Below, piece by piece: positions 62,001-64,000 of a stretch of 64,000 nucleotides of DNA. The notes under the pieces were generated by a model. It was given only the letters and a program-made list of their open reading frames with translations. It had not been told where the DNA came from and searched no databases. The translations under genes were made by a program, and so were the position numbers. The stretch is from Squalus acanthias (Eukaryota). Location: the NCBI GenBank assembly GCA_030390025.1, contig CM059438.1, forward strand, positions 55,368,001-55,432,000. Direction: 5' to 3'. The first letter of the stretch is position 1. Each line of letters begins with the position of its first letter.

Positions 62001-64000
62001 GGGTTCCTCGGGCACTGACTCTCCCTGGAGTACGAGTTCCAAGGGCACTGACTCTCACTGGGTTACAGGTTCCACAGGCACTGACTCTCACTGGGGTATG
62101 GGTTCCACAGATACTGACTCTCACTGGAGTATGGGTTCCACAGACACTGACTTTCACTGGGGAACGGGTTTCACAAGCACTGACTCTCACTGGGGTAAGA
62201 GTTTCACAGGCACTGACTGTCACTGGGGTATGGGTCCCACACACACTGACTCTCACTGGGGTACGGGCTCCACAGACACTGGCTGTCACTGGGGTACGAG
62301 TTCCAGGGTCACTGACTCTCACTGGGGTATGGGTTCCAGAGACACTGATTCTCACTGGGTTACGGGTTCCACACACACTGACTCTCACTGGGGTACGGGC
62401 TCCACAGACACTGGCTGTCACTGGGGTACGAGTTCCAGGGTCACTGACTCTCACTGGGGTATGGGTTCCAGGGGCACTGACTCTCACTGGGGTACAGGTT
62501 CCATAGACACTGACTTTCATTGGGTATGTGTTCCACAGACACTGACTCTCCCAGCGGTACGAGTTCCATGGGCACTGACTCTCACTGGCGTACAGGCTCC
62601 AAAGGCACCTACCCTCCCTGTGTATAGGTTCCATGTACAGTGACTCTCACTAGGGTACAGGTCCAGGAGTAATGACTCTCACTGGCCTAATGGTTCTACA
62701 GCAACTGACACTCACTGGGGTACGGGTCCAGGAGTACTGAAACCCACTGGGGTACGGGTTCCTCGGACACTGACTCTCACTGGGGTACAGGTTCCACAGA
62801 CACTGACTCTCACTGGGGTACATGTTCCACACACACTGACTCTCACTGGGGTACGGTTCCCACAGACACTGCCTCTCACTGTGGTACAGTTTCGACAGAC
62901 ACTGACTCTCACTGGGGTACGGCTTCCACAGACACTGACTTTCACTGAGGTACGGGTTCCATGGGCACTGACTCTCACTGGGGTAAGGGTTTCACAGGCA
63001 CTGACTCTCACTGGGGCACTGGTTCCACAGACACTGACTCTCACTGGGGCACTCGTTCCACAGACACTGACTCTCACTGGGGTACGGGTTCCACAGTCAC
63101 TGACTGTCACTGGGGTATGGGTTCCACAGACACTGACTCTCACTGGGGAACCGGTTTCACAGGCACTGACTCTCACTGGGGAATGGGTTCCACAGACACT
63201 GACTCTCACTGGGGTACGGGTTCCAGAGACACTGACTCTCACTGGAGTACGGGTTCCACAGACACTGACTGTCACTAGGATACGAGTTCAATGGGCACTG
63301 ACTCTCACTGGGGTACAGGTTTCACAGACACTGACTCTCACTGGGGTACGAGTTCCATGGGCACTGACTCACACTGGGGTACAGGCTCCAAAGGCACGTA
63401 CCCTCCCTGGGTATCGGCTCCATGGACAGCGTCTCTCACTAGGGTACAGGTCAAGGGGTACTGACTCTCACTGGGCTAATGGTTCTCCGGGTACTGACCC
63501 TCACTGGGGTATGGGTTCCTCGGGCACTGACTCTCACTGGGGTACAGGTTCCACAGACACTGACTCTCACTGGGGTACAGGTTCCACACACACTGACTCT
63601 CACTGGGGTACGGGTTCCACAGACACTGACTGTCACTAGGGTACGAGTTCCATGGGCACTGACTCTCACTGGGGAACGGGTTTCACAGGCACTGACTCTC
63701 ACTGGGGTATGGGTCCCACACACACTGACTCTCACTGGGGTACGGGTTCCACAGACACTGACTGTCACTAGGGTACGAGTTCCATGGGCACTGACTCTCA
63801 CTCGGGTATGGGTTCCACAGACACTGATTCTCAATGGTGTATGGGTTTCACAGACACTGACTCTCACGAGTGTATGGGTTCATCGGGCACTGACTCTCCA
63901 TGGGGTACGAGTTCCATTGACACTGACTCTCACTGGGGTACAGGTTCCACAAACACTGACTCTCACTGGGGTACAGCTTCCACAGCCACTGACCCTCCCC
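56060..64000. repeat. 33-bp minisatellite CTGACTCTCACTGGGGTACGGGTTCCACAGACA, running off the window, with higher-order duplications
   Basis: About 240 diverged units; variant blocks recur at offsets of 2596 (56563/59159) and 4902 (57748/62650). Confidence 0.98.

Noticed and set aside
56154..63867. TLTLTGVRVPQ and STDTDSHWG repeat proteins
   Set aside because: Fragmentary frames of the 33-bp minisatellite with frequent stops and indels

Overview
Repeat-dense vertebrate genomic DNA. The repeat families present (CR1 with an esterase ORF1, L2, Penelope, two-gene PIF/Harbinger) suggest a cartilaginous fish, but that is inference. No conventional host gene can be called with confidence. About 28 kb is tandem repeat: a 14.7-kb 30-bp array (2128-16851), a 33-bp array of at least 8 kb (56060-end), and several smaller minisatellites. 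Most long ORFs in the supplied track are read-throughs of these arrays. The middle of the window is a deep nest of transposons. An old CR1 LINE (21250-36850) is interrupted by a Penelope element carrying a minimal hammerhead-ribozyme motif, by a younger CR1 and by a CR1/L2-group LINE. Three PIF/Harbinger elements sit in three consecutive units of the younger CR1's (ATGACTCT)n 3' tail, 8 bp apart, each with its own 3-bp TSD. A fourth Harbinger copy (45544-51411) has a 1.7-kb solo LTR inside its transposase. The autonomous-type copies carry a DDE transposase (minus strand; intact in one copy) converging on a 3-exon Myb/SANT-like (MADF-type) gene. The 30-bp array is flanked by splice-site-like motifs and is entered in frame by a unique ORF, so it may be part of a giant repetitive exon on the minus strand.
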